Of a stretch of DNA of 64,000 bases, positions 56,425 through 64,000 are shown one piece after another. Position 1 is the first letter of the stretch, and every line of letters begins with the position of its first letter. The position numbers and the translations under genes were made by a program. A model generated the notes under the pieces. That model made no database searches. It saw nothing but the letters and a program-made list of their open reading frames with translations, and was not told the DNA's origin. The stretch lies in the NCBI GenBank assembly GCA_023267655.1, contig JAHFMV010000002.1, positions 7,228 through 71,227 of the forward strand, written 5' to 3'. The stretch is from Candidatus Kaiserbacteria bacterium (GTDB taxonomy: Bacteria > Patescibacteriota > Minisyncoccia > Phycocordibacterales > UBA2100).

Positions 56425-56946
56425 CTAGAGTGAATACTCGGTGAATGTTCCACCCGGTCGCCCCTGTGCGTCGTAGCGACGATATCGTGCGCGGTGAGGG
56501 ACAAGTTTAATATACACATACGCCCCTTTTTCCAACTGACCGACAGGTGGTATCCGCAACCGCTCGCCGATCTTTGATGCATCCCCCACGGGACCTGATT
56601 CCACTCGATTGGCCATTTCCTTCCCTGTGATACTGCGCAGTGACGCTCTGATATCCTGTATATCTGTGGCATCTGATACGACCGAGGCCAATGCTTGCAT
56701 TTGCACCGTTTCGAGAGTCGCCTGGTTAAAAAAGGTTACTGCGACAGCCGGGTGCTCCGTGAGGTCGCGCGCCTTTTGTGTATCATCACGGGTCTCAAAA
56801 TAACACGTGAGATCAGTCCGCATACTGACGTAAATAACAGCGCCCGAGGGGACCTTGCCGGAAATAGTACTAAGAACAGCGACAGGGTTATGCACTACAA
56901 AATCGAAAATCGCGCTGCGTGCGTTTCCCTCATCCGGAGAATCCAT
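56425..56946 (-). CDS. pyridoxamine 5'-phosphate oxidase-like FMN-binding protein
   Basis: AVLSTI..P..YFETRDDTQKARDL..PAVAV. Confidence 0.75.
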   Translation of the reverse strand: MDSPDEGNARSAIFDFVVHNPVAVLSTISGKVPSGAVIYVSMRTDLTCYFETRDDTQKARDLTEHPAVAVTFFNQATLETVQMQALASVVSDATDIQDIRASLRSITGKEMANRVESGPVGDASKIGERLRIPPVGQLEKGAYVYIKLVPHRARYRRYDAQGRPGGTFTEYSL

Positions 56947-57075
56947 GCGCGTAGTATATCGCACTGCGTACCAAAGAAGAGACGGTAATCGCCTCGCCTA
57001 GGTTCGTACTCATTGCATGGTGAGCCAGAATGTGCTTATATTCAGCCATTATTTGGTTATTTGATTCGTCATGAA

Positions 57076-57191
57076 TCCCGTTAGAAATAGCGGACTCGGT
57101 TCATATATATTCAAAATGACAAATAATGCCATTTATAAAAGTAGCAAAATAGGGTGTGCTGACACAGCGTCCGCGTCCTATTTCTAACGGG
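57076..57191. mobile_element. MITE-like element with CCCGTTAGAAA terminal inverted repeats, copy 2
   Basis: TIRs CCCGTTAGAAATAG/CTATTTCTAACGGG; ATGAA duplicated on both sides. Confidence 0.75.
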
Positions 57192-57953
57192 ATGAATGCA
57201 AAAATTCTAGTTTCCGCGATCGTCGTCTTGGTGGTAGCAGTTGGCGCGTGGTTCCTTTTGAAAAATTATCAGGCACCGGTTTCTGACGCACCATCGGACG
57301 CGTCACAGGACATGGGCTCGTATGCGTACAGCTGCGACAACGGTTCAGAGTTTACGATGGCGCCGGCAAATGACGTCTCGTCGGTTACGATCTCGGCGGG
57401 CTCGCAAGGTATGTTTACCGGCACCGTGACACTGACGGGCGACAACACCGGCACACACTTTGAAGGCACACTCGGTACACAGAAAATAACGTTTGATGGC
57501 GCAGGCGAAGAAGTACGTCTCATGGTTGGTAGCAATGCAACAATCTGTTCACCGGTTGCAAATGCCGACGCAGCACCGTGGAATTGGGGCGATGCGGGCG
57601 AAGGCGCCGGTAGTGTAAAGCAAGACGCATCGCTCATCGTGAGCGAGAGCATCGTCGGCAAATGGCAGAGCGCGGATGACGCAAAATATGTCCGCGAATT
57701 CCAAACGGGCGGCAAAGTGCAAGATTGGTACGACGGCAAAGTCGTCTCGAGCGGCACGTTTACGGCATTTACGAGCGTGAACCCGATTAAGGTTTCGTTC
57801 CCACTCCAAGCGGGTACCGTCTATCTGCAGTTGAAAATGTCGGGCTCACAAGCAGACACGTTGAACTTCAAACTCAACACGCTCTCACCCGAAGCGCTCG
57901 AACTTACGTATATGGATCGCGGTGGTGTGCTGAAGTTTACGGCGGTGAAATAA
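57192..57953 (+). CDS. membrane-anchored exported protein (MliC-like and lipocalin-like motifs)
   Basis: TM, YAYSCDNG and IVGKWQS motifs. Confidence 0.7.
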   Translation: MNAKILVSAIVVLVVAVGAWFLLKNYQAPVSDAPSDASQDMGSYAYSCDNGSEFTMAPANDVSSVTISAGSQGMFTGTVTLTGDNTGTHFEGTLGTQKITFDGAGEEVRLMVGSNATICSPVANADAAPWNWGDAGEGAGSVKQDASLIVSESIVGKWQSADDAKYVREFQTGGKVQDWYDGKVVSSGTFTAFTSVNPIKVSFPLQAGTVYLQLKMSGSQADTLNFKLNTLSPEALELTYMDRGGVLKFTAVK

Positions 57954-58046
57954 TTTCACTGCACGATTGAAAACAGCCGCGGGCGCCATAGGCGCCCGCG
58001 GCTGTTTTCACGCTCGCTCCACCTCCCTTTCTTGTATACTAACGGG

Positions 58047-58817
58047 ATGCGATCCGTCGTCGGGTTTGCGATTTTTTCTGCAATCCTTATTCTCGGTTTC
58101 ATTTTTATCAGGTATTCTTCATCGCAAGAAAGTCATATGTCTACCCAACAACAATCCGGAATCCACGTAACACCGATCAGCCACGCGTCCGGGATCCTCT
58201 CTTGGGGCGGGACCACTATCTATTTTGATCCGGTCGGTGACCAGTCAGTTTTTGCTGGAAAACCAACAGCCGACATCGTACTCATAACACACGAGCACGG
58301 TGACCATTTCTCAACATCAACGCTAGAAAATGTCGTCACCCCGCAAACGACACTCATCGTCACACAAACTGCACGCGACCTGCTTCCGGCCGATCTCGCC
58401 GCACGTGCAAAAATAATGGCAAACGGCGACACACTGCGGGAACGTGGTATTACAATTACCGCGATCCCGGCGTACAACCTTCCCGGCGTGAGCGAGAAAT
58501 ATCACCCGAAAGGCGTCGGGAACGGCTACGTTCTTGACAAGGATGGCACACGCGTCTACATCGCCGGTGACTCGGCGGGCACACCGGAGATGCGCGCGCT
58601 CGTCGGCATCGACATCGCCTTTGTCCCCATGAATCTTCCCTACACGATGTCGGTCGAGGAAGCAGCTGACGCGGTCCTCGCCTTCAAGCCAAAGACTATA
58701 TATCCGTACCACTATCGCGGACCTGACGGTCTCAGCGATGTCGCGAAATTCAAACAGCTCATAAACGCTGGCGACCCTTCAATTAATGTCGTCCTTCTGA
58801 ACTGGTATCCAAAATAG
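58047..58817 (+). CDS. MBL-fold metallo-hydrolase
   Basis: THEHGDH, YIAGD, PMNLPYTM and YPYHY motifs. Confidence 0.9.
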   Translation: MRSVVGFAIFSAILILGFIFIRYSSSQESHMSTQQQSGIHVTPISHASGILSWGGTTIYFDPVGDQSVFAGKPTADIVLITHEHGDHFSTSTLENVVTPQTTLIVTQTARDLLPADLAARAKIMANGDTLRERGITITAIPAYNLPGVSEKYHPKGVGNGYVLDKDGTRVYIAGDSAGTPEMRALVGIDIAFVPMNLPYTMSVEEAADAVLAFKPKTIYPYHYRGPDGLSDVAKFKQLINAGDPSINVVLLNWYPK

Positions 58818-58884
58818 GATTGATGACCAAACGGCGCGGGCGCTCCCAAGGGAGCGCCCGCACGCACGAAGGCGATACTATCAA

Positions 58885-60039
58885 TTAGTCATCACGCCCG
58901 TTTCTCCCATTTTCGCCGTGGTTCCCATCTTTTCCATTCTCACCGTTTTTTCCGTTCTTGCCATTCTCGCCGTGATTTCCCATCATCAGAGGAGTTGATG
59001 TCGCGTTCGGATTAAACGGAAACGCATCTTGCGCGTCCGGCGTACCGTCGTTATCGTCGTCGTAGTCCTGCGCGTTTGGAATGCCGTCGTGGTCGTTATC
59101 TCCGTTTCCACACATCGCGGCAAAATGCGCGCGCGAACGAGGGCCGAAGAATCCCGTGCCACTCACATCGATGCCAAAGCGTCTCTGTAACATCTTAAGC
59201 GCAGCCTCGGTCTTCGGGCCAAAGAACCCCGAAATCAAACCCGGCGGGAAAAGCGTCGGATCGTTGTGCGCGAGCTCTTGCTGCAATTCCTTCACATCAT
59301 CTCCCTGGTCGCCATGCTTCAAGTCTCTCCCGAAGTTAAAGCAGCCCGGTGTCGATGTTGCTGTTCCTCCACTGCCGCCGCTACCACTGCCGACTTGTCC
59401 CGCAATCAACTGCACAATCTGCGCCTGCAGCGCTTTGATCTGTGCAAGGAGCGCCTGGATTTGTGCAGAAACGCCCGATCCGGAGCCCGTTGATGTTGCC
59501 GTCACGGTGACCATGGCATTCGCCGTTGTGATGCCGCCTGGATTCACTGCCGTGAGCGTGTACAGCGTCGTTGCCGTCGGCGAGACCGTTGCCGATGTGC
59601 CTGAAACGGTTCCGACGCCATTATTGATGCTCGTCGAGCTGGCGTTCGAGACGACCCACGAGAGGACCGCGCTCTGCCCGGTCGTGATTGACGTCGGCAG
59701 TGCCGTAAACGATGTAATTGTCGGCGCCGCTTGATTCACCGTCGCGCTACAGGTCGTCGTCGCCACCGTCGATGATGCGTCAGTCGCCTGCAGCGTCATT
59801 GCATAGGTGCCCGGCGACACAACAACTGTTTGCGACGACGTCGTCGCACCGTTGCCCCACAAGAGCAGAACCGGATCAACGCCTCCAGCTGTGGATGCCG
59901 TCCACGTAATGTTCGTGGCAGATGGCGCCCCGACACATGTCGCGGTAAGCGCCGACGCCGCGCCGGTGAACGAAAACAAAACAAAAAAGGCAGCCACAAG
60001 CGCGGCAGCCCCGAATGATAAAGACTTATTCTGAGTCAT
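58885..60039 (-). CDS. secreted peptidoglycan-binding protein with Ig-like domains, Ca-binding DxDxDG repeats and Gly-X-Y tail
   Basis: Signal peptide; GDQGDDVKELQ, GFFGPKT, DNDHDGIPNAQDYDDDNDG and GENGKNGKNGENG motifs. Confidence 0.85.
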   Translation of the reverse strand: MTQNKSLSFGAAALVAAFFVLFSFTGAASALTATCVGAPSATNITWTASTAGGVDPVLLLWGNGATTSSQTVVVSPGTYAMTLQATDASSTVATTTCSATVNQAAPTITSFTALPTSITTGQSAVLSWVVSNASSTSINNGVGTVSGTSATVSPTATTLYTLTAVNPGGITTANAMVTVTATSTGSGSGVSAQIQALLAQIKALQAQIVQLIAGQVGSGSGGSGGTATSTPGCFNFGRDLKHGDQGDDVKELQQELAHNDPTLFPPGLISGFFGPKTEAALKMLQRRFGIDVSGTGFFGPRSRAHFAAMCGNGDNDHDGIPNAQDYDDDNDGTPDAQDAFPFNPNATSTPLMMGNHGENGKNGKNGENGKDGNHGENGRNGRDD

Positions 60040-60210
60040 AGGTACATTTTTTAATTCCTAATAATGCGAGTGTCAGTATACCAAACCCGCAACTGCCCCC
60101 GGCAGCTCTGTATGTAGACGCCCCGCGATCCTCGACATTACCTAGACATGCAACGATGGTTGTGTCCTTTTAAAAAGTGTACCCCGCAGACCAAATCTGC
60201 GGGGTGCATC

Positions 60211-60525
60211 TCAATCGCTAACGGTAAAATACCCGATTTTTCTAACGTGGCTAAACTCGATGCGACACGGCCGCGGTCCGTAGATGGTAAATGCCGTGCC
60301 CTTCAGCGAAATCCACCCCGTGAGAGCTTCCGATACGACGGTCACATGCGCGTCGAAACCGTCGTCGAGTCGGCGGCTTTTCGGCGCATGATCGCCAGAA
60401 TAGCGTGGTACCGTGAACGATACATAATTGAGCGGTTCGCACGCTTCAGCTGCGCACCGCTGTATGGCCGCAAGATCGGGCCCATCATTGATACACAAGG
60501 TGAACCATGCCATTTCTCTCTCCAC
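60211..60525 (-). CDS. hypothetical protein
   Basis: 104-aa ORF with a terminator after it. Confidence 0.4.
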   Translation of the reverse strand: MEREMAWFTLCINDGPDLAAIQRCAAEACEPLNYVSFTVPRYSGDHAPKSRRLDDGFDAHVTVVSEALTGWISLKGTAFTIYGPRPCRIEFSHVRKIGYFTVSD

Positions 60526-60582
60526 TCGTTGCGGATCCTGCCTGCAGGATGCAAAAAAACCTCTGCACTGTCAATGGTTATA

Positions 60583-60849
60583 TTACCCCCGATAGACTTT
60601 GTTATGTACCGTCGCAAACGCGTAACCCACTCCATACCCAATACATGACGCGACGATGATGAGCGTTATTGCGGCGGTCATATTGAACGACGCAAGGGTG
60701 ACCGGTGCGGTCTTGAGCATGTGTGCCCACGATGAAAAATTAACCAACCCCTGCGCCCAGCCTAATAACACAAACACCGACCAGAGCACGTGCACACCCC
60801 CGAGCATCGTTGCCCCCACAACCCCCGACTTATGCGTATTTATTTTCAT
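60583..60849 (-). CDS. small membrane protein
   Basis: GGVHVLWSVFVLLGWAQ..WAHM..GYGVGYAFA. Confidence 0.7.
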   Translation of the reverse strand: MKINTHKSGVVGATMLGGVHVLWSVFVLLGWAQGLVNFSSWAHMLKTAPVTLASFNMTAAITLIIVASCIGYGVGYAFATVHNKVYRG

Positions 60850-60957
60850 ACGATGAAAAAAGAACGAGTAAGCCGTTAGTGTACCAGCCACAGAGAAGGT
60901 AACGCGACTTATGCACACCGACTTTGAGTCGATGGTATTCGCAAGCGCGGACTTCTT

Positions 60958-61611
60958 TTACGGCGTCACGACGAGCGAGCGACGGATTTTGTCGAACGCC
61001 GCAAAGAGCGCGGTTCGGTCATATGCTGTCACCGTACCCGGCGGATAGTTTGCAATCTGCGTCGAGTGGATGAAATACCTCACCGCGGTGCACGGCGAGC
61101 TGCCATCGAGCGCGAAGACCGCTTCTTCGTACAAGTTCCCCGCTCCCGCATCGCTGGAGGTCGCGACAGAATACGTAACAGTGCCGTCGGTAATTTTCTG
61201 CGGCTTTACATTCGCGGCGAGGTAAATATCGCCAGTACATGCCTTGGCGCGTGGAAGTTGTTCCACCGAGATTCCGCTATCTTGCGAAAGATTTGTCCCC
61301 GTCGCCATCGTGAGCGGGATAGTCAATTTCACGCCAAGGATCGGCTTGTTCGGGTTGACCGACGTATTCGTATACGATGCGTTGAGCGTAAAATCCTTCG
61401 GATACGTAAGTGAGATCTTCATCGTCGAGGATGCGTACGTCAATGGCTCATCGACCGGCGGCATTTGCGTGACCGGCGGCGTCTCCGGAGTGGGGGTGCT
61501 CGTAAAATTCTTAAAGAGGTAAAAGCCGCCAACTATGATAAGGGCTACAACTATGACGCCGGCAGCGAGCGTCATGCTCGGTCGCTTACGATTCGGATTT
61601 TGTTCGGGCAT
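60958..61611 (-). CDS. membrane-anchored hypothetical protein
   Basis: TM, GTNLSQDS and DAGAGNLYE..CTAVRYFIHS motifs. Confidence 0.75.
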   Translation of the reverse strand: MPEQNPNRKRPSMTLAAGVIVVALIIVGGFYLFKNFTSTPTPETPPVTQMPPVDEPLTYASSTMKISLTYPKDFTLNASYTNTSVNPNKPILGVKLTIPLTMATGTNLSQDSGISVEQLPRAKACTGDIYLAANVKPQKITDGTVTYSVATSSDAGAGNLYEEAVFALDGSSPCTAVRYFIHSTQIANYPPGTVTAYDRTALFAAFDKIRRSLVVTP

Positions 61612-61712
61612 ACCGAAAGTATCTCAATAATTACATATGATGCAAATGAAGACTGTGGTAGAAAAAATGCGGCGCCGGAGGACCGGCGCCGCGCATTCCA
61701 CCCTCTATGACC

Positions 61713-62333
61713 TTACGAACTCGTCTGCCTTGTCACATATACGGCGACATCGCGAACCAGATCGTCCGCCCACTGTTGGCCTTTGTACAATACGAAGATC
61801 GGATTTTTCTCAAGTTCGTCGAGCCATTTCTCGACGTCATGCCGGACGCCGTCGTCCTTGAGAGCGTACTGGATACGGAAGACATAGCAATTCATCAGCA
61901 CGCGCATCGTGCGCCCATGATCCTCGTCGCTTTGTGTTGTCGTGACGAGTTCTTTTGCCTTCACGCACAACATTTCAATCATGTGAATCCCCTCTTGCGG
62001 CCGTCCCATCGCCGGGAAAAGATGCCCTGCGATATTCATCGTGGCGAAAAGCGCACCAACAGGATCTTTTCCGCGATTCGCTTCACGTACCGATTGGTGT
62101 GCAAGTGTCAGCGACTCGCTCACATCTCCCTGCTGCCAGGCCGCCATATGGCGCTCGTACGAAACCTTGCTACGCCACCGCCACGCTTGCTCAGAGATAT
62201 CGTCGTCGAGTCTTGCCAAGAGCGAATTACACTCGCTCTCCATGTCCTTATAGAGCTTTTGCCGCCGAGCAGTTTCAATGCTGCGCAGCACGGTACGCAC
62301 GTGAGCAGGTTCCATCATTGGCCAGTCCTCCAA
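61713..62333 (-). CDS. hypothetical helical (TPR-like) protein
   Basis: 206-aa ORF with a terminator after it. Confidence 0.5.
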   Translation of the reverse strand: MEDWPMMEPAHVRTVLRSIETARRQKLYKDMESECNSLLARLDDDISEQAWRWRSKVSYERHMAAWQQGDVSESLTLAHQSVREANRGKDPVGALFATMNIAGHLFPAMGRPQEGIHMIEMLCVKAKELVTTTQSDEDHGRTMRVLMNCYVFRIQYALKDDGVRHDVEKWLDELEKNPIFVLYKGQQWADDLVRDVAVYVTRQTSS

Positions 62334-62492
62334 AGGTTGACGTCCGCAAGCATACTGCCAGAAATGCCGCCATTTGACAAGGAAAGCAGGGCATGCTATC
62401 CTCTCGCTATCACTTCAGGGCTGATCCAGAGTCTAGGGATCGACCTTACCTCCAGCGCACTGCAGTTGATTTAACCACTTCTTCCAATTGCT

Positions 62493-62693
62493 ATGCAAAC
62501 AGGAACAATCGCCCGTCTCACTGACAAAGGTTTCGGGTTCATCAAAGTTGAAGGCCGCGAAAAAGACCTCTTTTTCCACTCCAACGAGCTCATCGGAGTT
62601 TCCTTCGATTCGCTCCGCGAAGGCGACACGTTGAGCTTTGAAATCGCCGAAAGCCCGAAAGGCCCGAACGCGATCAAGGTCTCGAAGGTCTAA
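62493..62693 (+). CDS. cspA: cold-shock protein
   Basis: KGFGFI (RNP1), LFFH (RNP2), KGPNA; terminator at 62708-62737. Confidence 0.93.
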   Translation: MQTGTIARLTDKGFGFIKVEGREKDLFFHSNELIGVSFDSLREGDTLSFEIAESPKGPNAIKVSKV

Positions 62694-62752
62694 CCGACGC
62701 TTCAGCAAAAAAGCCTCCACTCTGGAGGCTTTTTTGTTGGTACGAAATGTCT

Positions 62753-64000
62753 TTAGTGAATCAGGTCAAGGAGTTTTCGGAGGCCTCCTTCGAGTGCCAC
62801 TAGGACACTGGCGAGTTGTGCGCTCTTGTCGCCGCTCGATGCACCCGAGCAACCGCCGGCTCCACAATACGATCCTTGGCTGTAATAGCTTGCCTGCGCG
62901 TAGTACGCGCCCTGTCCATAATAGGTCGCTTGCGAATAGTACGTTCCTTGGCTGTAGTAGCTGCCCTGTGCATACCCTGGAGGAAGGCCGCTGCCTCCTC
63001 CGCCATCGTATGACCCTTGGCTGTAATAAGTGCCCTGCCCGTAGTAGCTGGCCTGCGAATAGTAACTGGCTTGGGCATAATAGCTTCCCTGCGCGTATCC
63101 CGCGCCACTTGCGTTGGTGATGTAGCACGTTGCCGTCTGGTTTGCGACGACCGCCACACTCGTGCACGTATTTGAGGTCATTGTGTAGCCGGACGGCGCT
63201 GTTTCAGAAACCGAGTAATTTCCCGGCGCGAGATTAATCATTTTGTTCCCGAATCCGCCCGATGTCGTTATAGAGAATGAACCAGCAGAACCGGTAAAGT
63301 TAAATGTCGTGTCAGCTGCCCCGCTCACGATTTTCACTATTTGCAGGGTTCCGGTTACTAGCGATGGCGCACACGTTTTGTTCCAGATAATGACGGACTT
63401 GTCGTTCGCGAGAGAACCGAGAAGCGTGATGCCTGTTGCAGGTGCCTGTCCCTGCGCATCGGCGAGTGTGTTGCCGCTCGAGTACCCAAGGGCCGCGAAA
63501 GGCTTCCCTGCATTGCAATCCGCGCCGACCACCGTGTCGCCGGTGAATTCAAGCCCCGCAAAAAGGCCTCCGATCGGGATTGCTTGCGATGTGGCTTGGT
63601 ATGGCGCTGGTGAAGACGATGGACCAAGCGTAAAGACGGTTCCGGTAAGCGGTGGCGAAATACTCGACATGACCGCGATAATATTGAATGCAGAGTTATT
63701 CGCGCTCGCGGCAGTTGCGAGCACACCATCGATAAACTTGAAGAGGTGCACAAAGACATTCGTGATCGGCGGCGTCGGATCGAAGTCGAAGGTCGTTACC
63801 GTAGAAGCGGTGCCAAACACGAATTTGTCGAGATTTTCGGTGTAGCCATCAGCATACGGTTCACCCACGCGCATGCCGAGCCATGAATCAGTAACGCGGA
63901 TGCGGACGTTTGGATAATCAGCAAGGATTTGGTTCCAGGTGCGCAAGGTCGTGCCCGATACGCCGGAGAGGCCAGCATCAGGACCGGTCGAGGTAACCGG
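62753..64000 (-). CDS. secreted protein with Tyr/Gln hexapeptide repeats (5' end beyond window)
   Basis: Open to the window edge; GTLQIVK..PGNYSVSETAPSGY domain; YxQxxY repeats; C-terminal AQLASVLVALEG. Confidence 0.8.
   Translation of the reverse strand, partial: PVTSTGPDAGLSGVSGTTLRTWNQILADYPNVRIRVTDSWLGMRVGEPYADGYTENLDKFVFGTASTVTTFDFDPTPPITNVFVHLFKFIDGVLATAASANNSAFNIIAVMSSISPPLTGTVFTLGPSSSPAPYQATSQAIPIGGLFAGLEFTGDTVVGADCNAGKPFAALGYSSGNTLADAQGQAPATGITLLGSLANDKSVIIWNKTCAPSLVTGTLQIVKIVSGAADTTFNFTGSAGSFSITTSGGFGNKMINLAPGNYSVSETAPSGYTMTSNTCTSVAVVANQTATCYITNASGAGYAQGSYYAQASYYSQASYYGQGTYYSQGSYDGGGGSGLPPGYAQGSYYSQGTYYSQATYYGQGAYYAQASYYSQGSYCGAGGCSGASSGDKSAQLASVLVALEGGLRKLLDLIH

Noticed and set aside
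1-64000. CRISPR array, rRNA, retron or DGR
   Set aside because: No regularly spaced repeats, rRNA-like sequence or reverse transcriptase ORF seen

Overview
64 kb of a small-genome bacterium whose gene content and style point to CPR/Patescibacteria (Parcubacteria-like). The cues are two mreB paralogs, many apparently leaderless genes, large peptidoglycan-binding surface proteins, tRNAs without encoded CCA and standard code 11. The left half holds scattered tRNAs and core genes (pyrD, greA, mreB-mreC-mrdA, proS, rseP, frr, holB, def-fmt, hpf) plus a ~1480-aa adhesin-like protein. A group I intron-containing tRNA-Asn (32351-32658) anchors a tandem array of serine-recombinase elements and recombinase-less mini-cassettes (to at least ~47.2 kb). 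Their cargo includes Shedu, MazG, DUF3800, YbaK, a DUF62-like SAM hydrolase and IS30, and accessory genes follow. Most notable: (1) an unannotated, apparently leaderless Met-rich leader peptide with a terminator/antiterminator upstream of the SAM-hydrolase-like gene, a candidate methionine-sensing attenuator; (2) an 88-90 nt structured element inserted both in a tRNA-Pro T-arm and in frame in a protein gene; (3) an integron-like att-site cassette array with an internal inverted attP; (4) several large orphan structured regions. All calls are by eye; no searches or folding programs were run.
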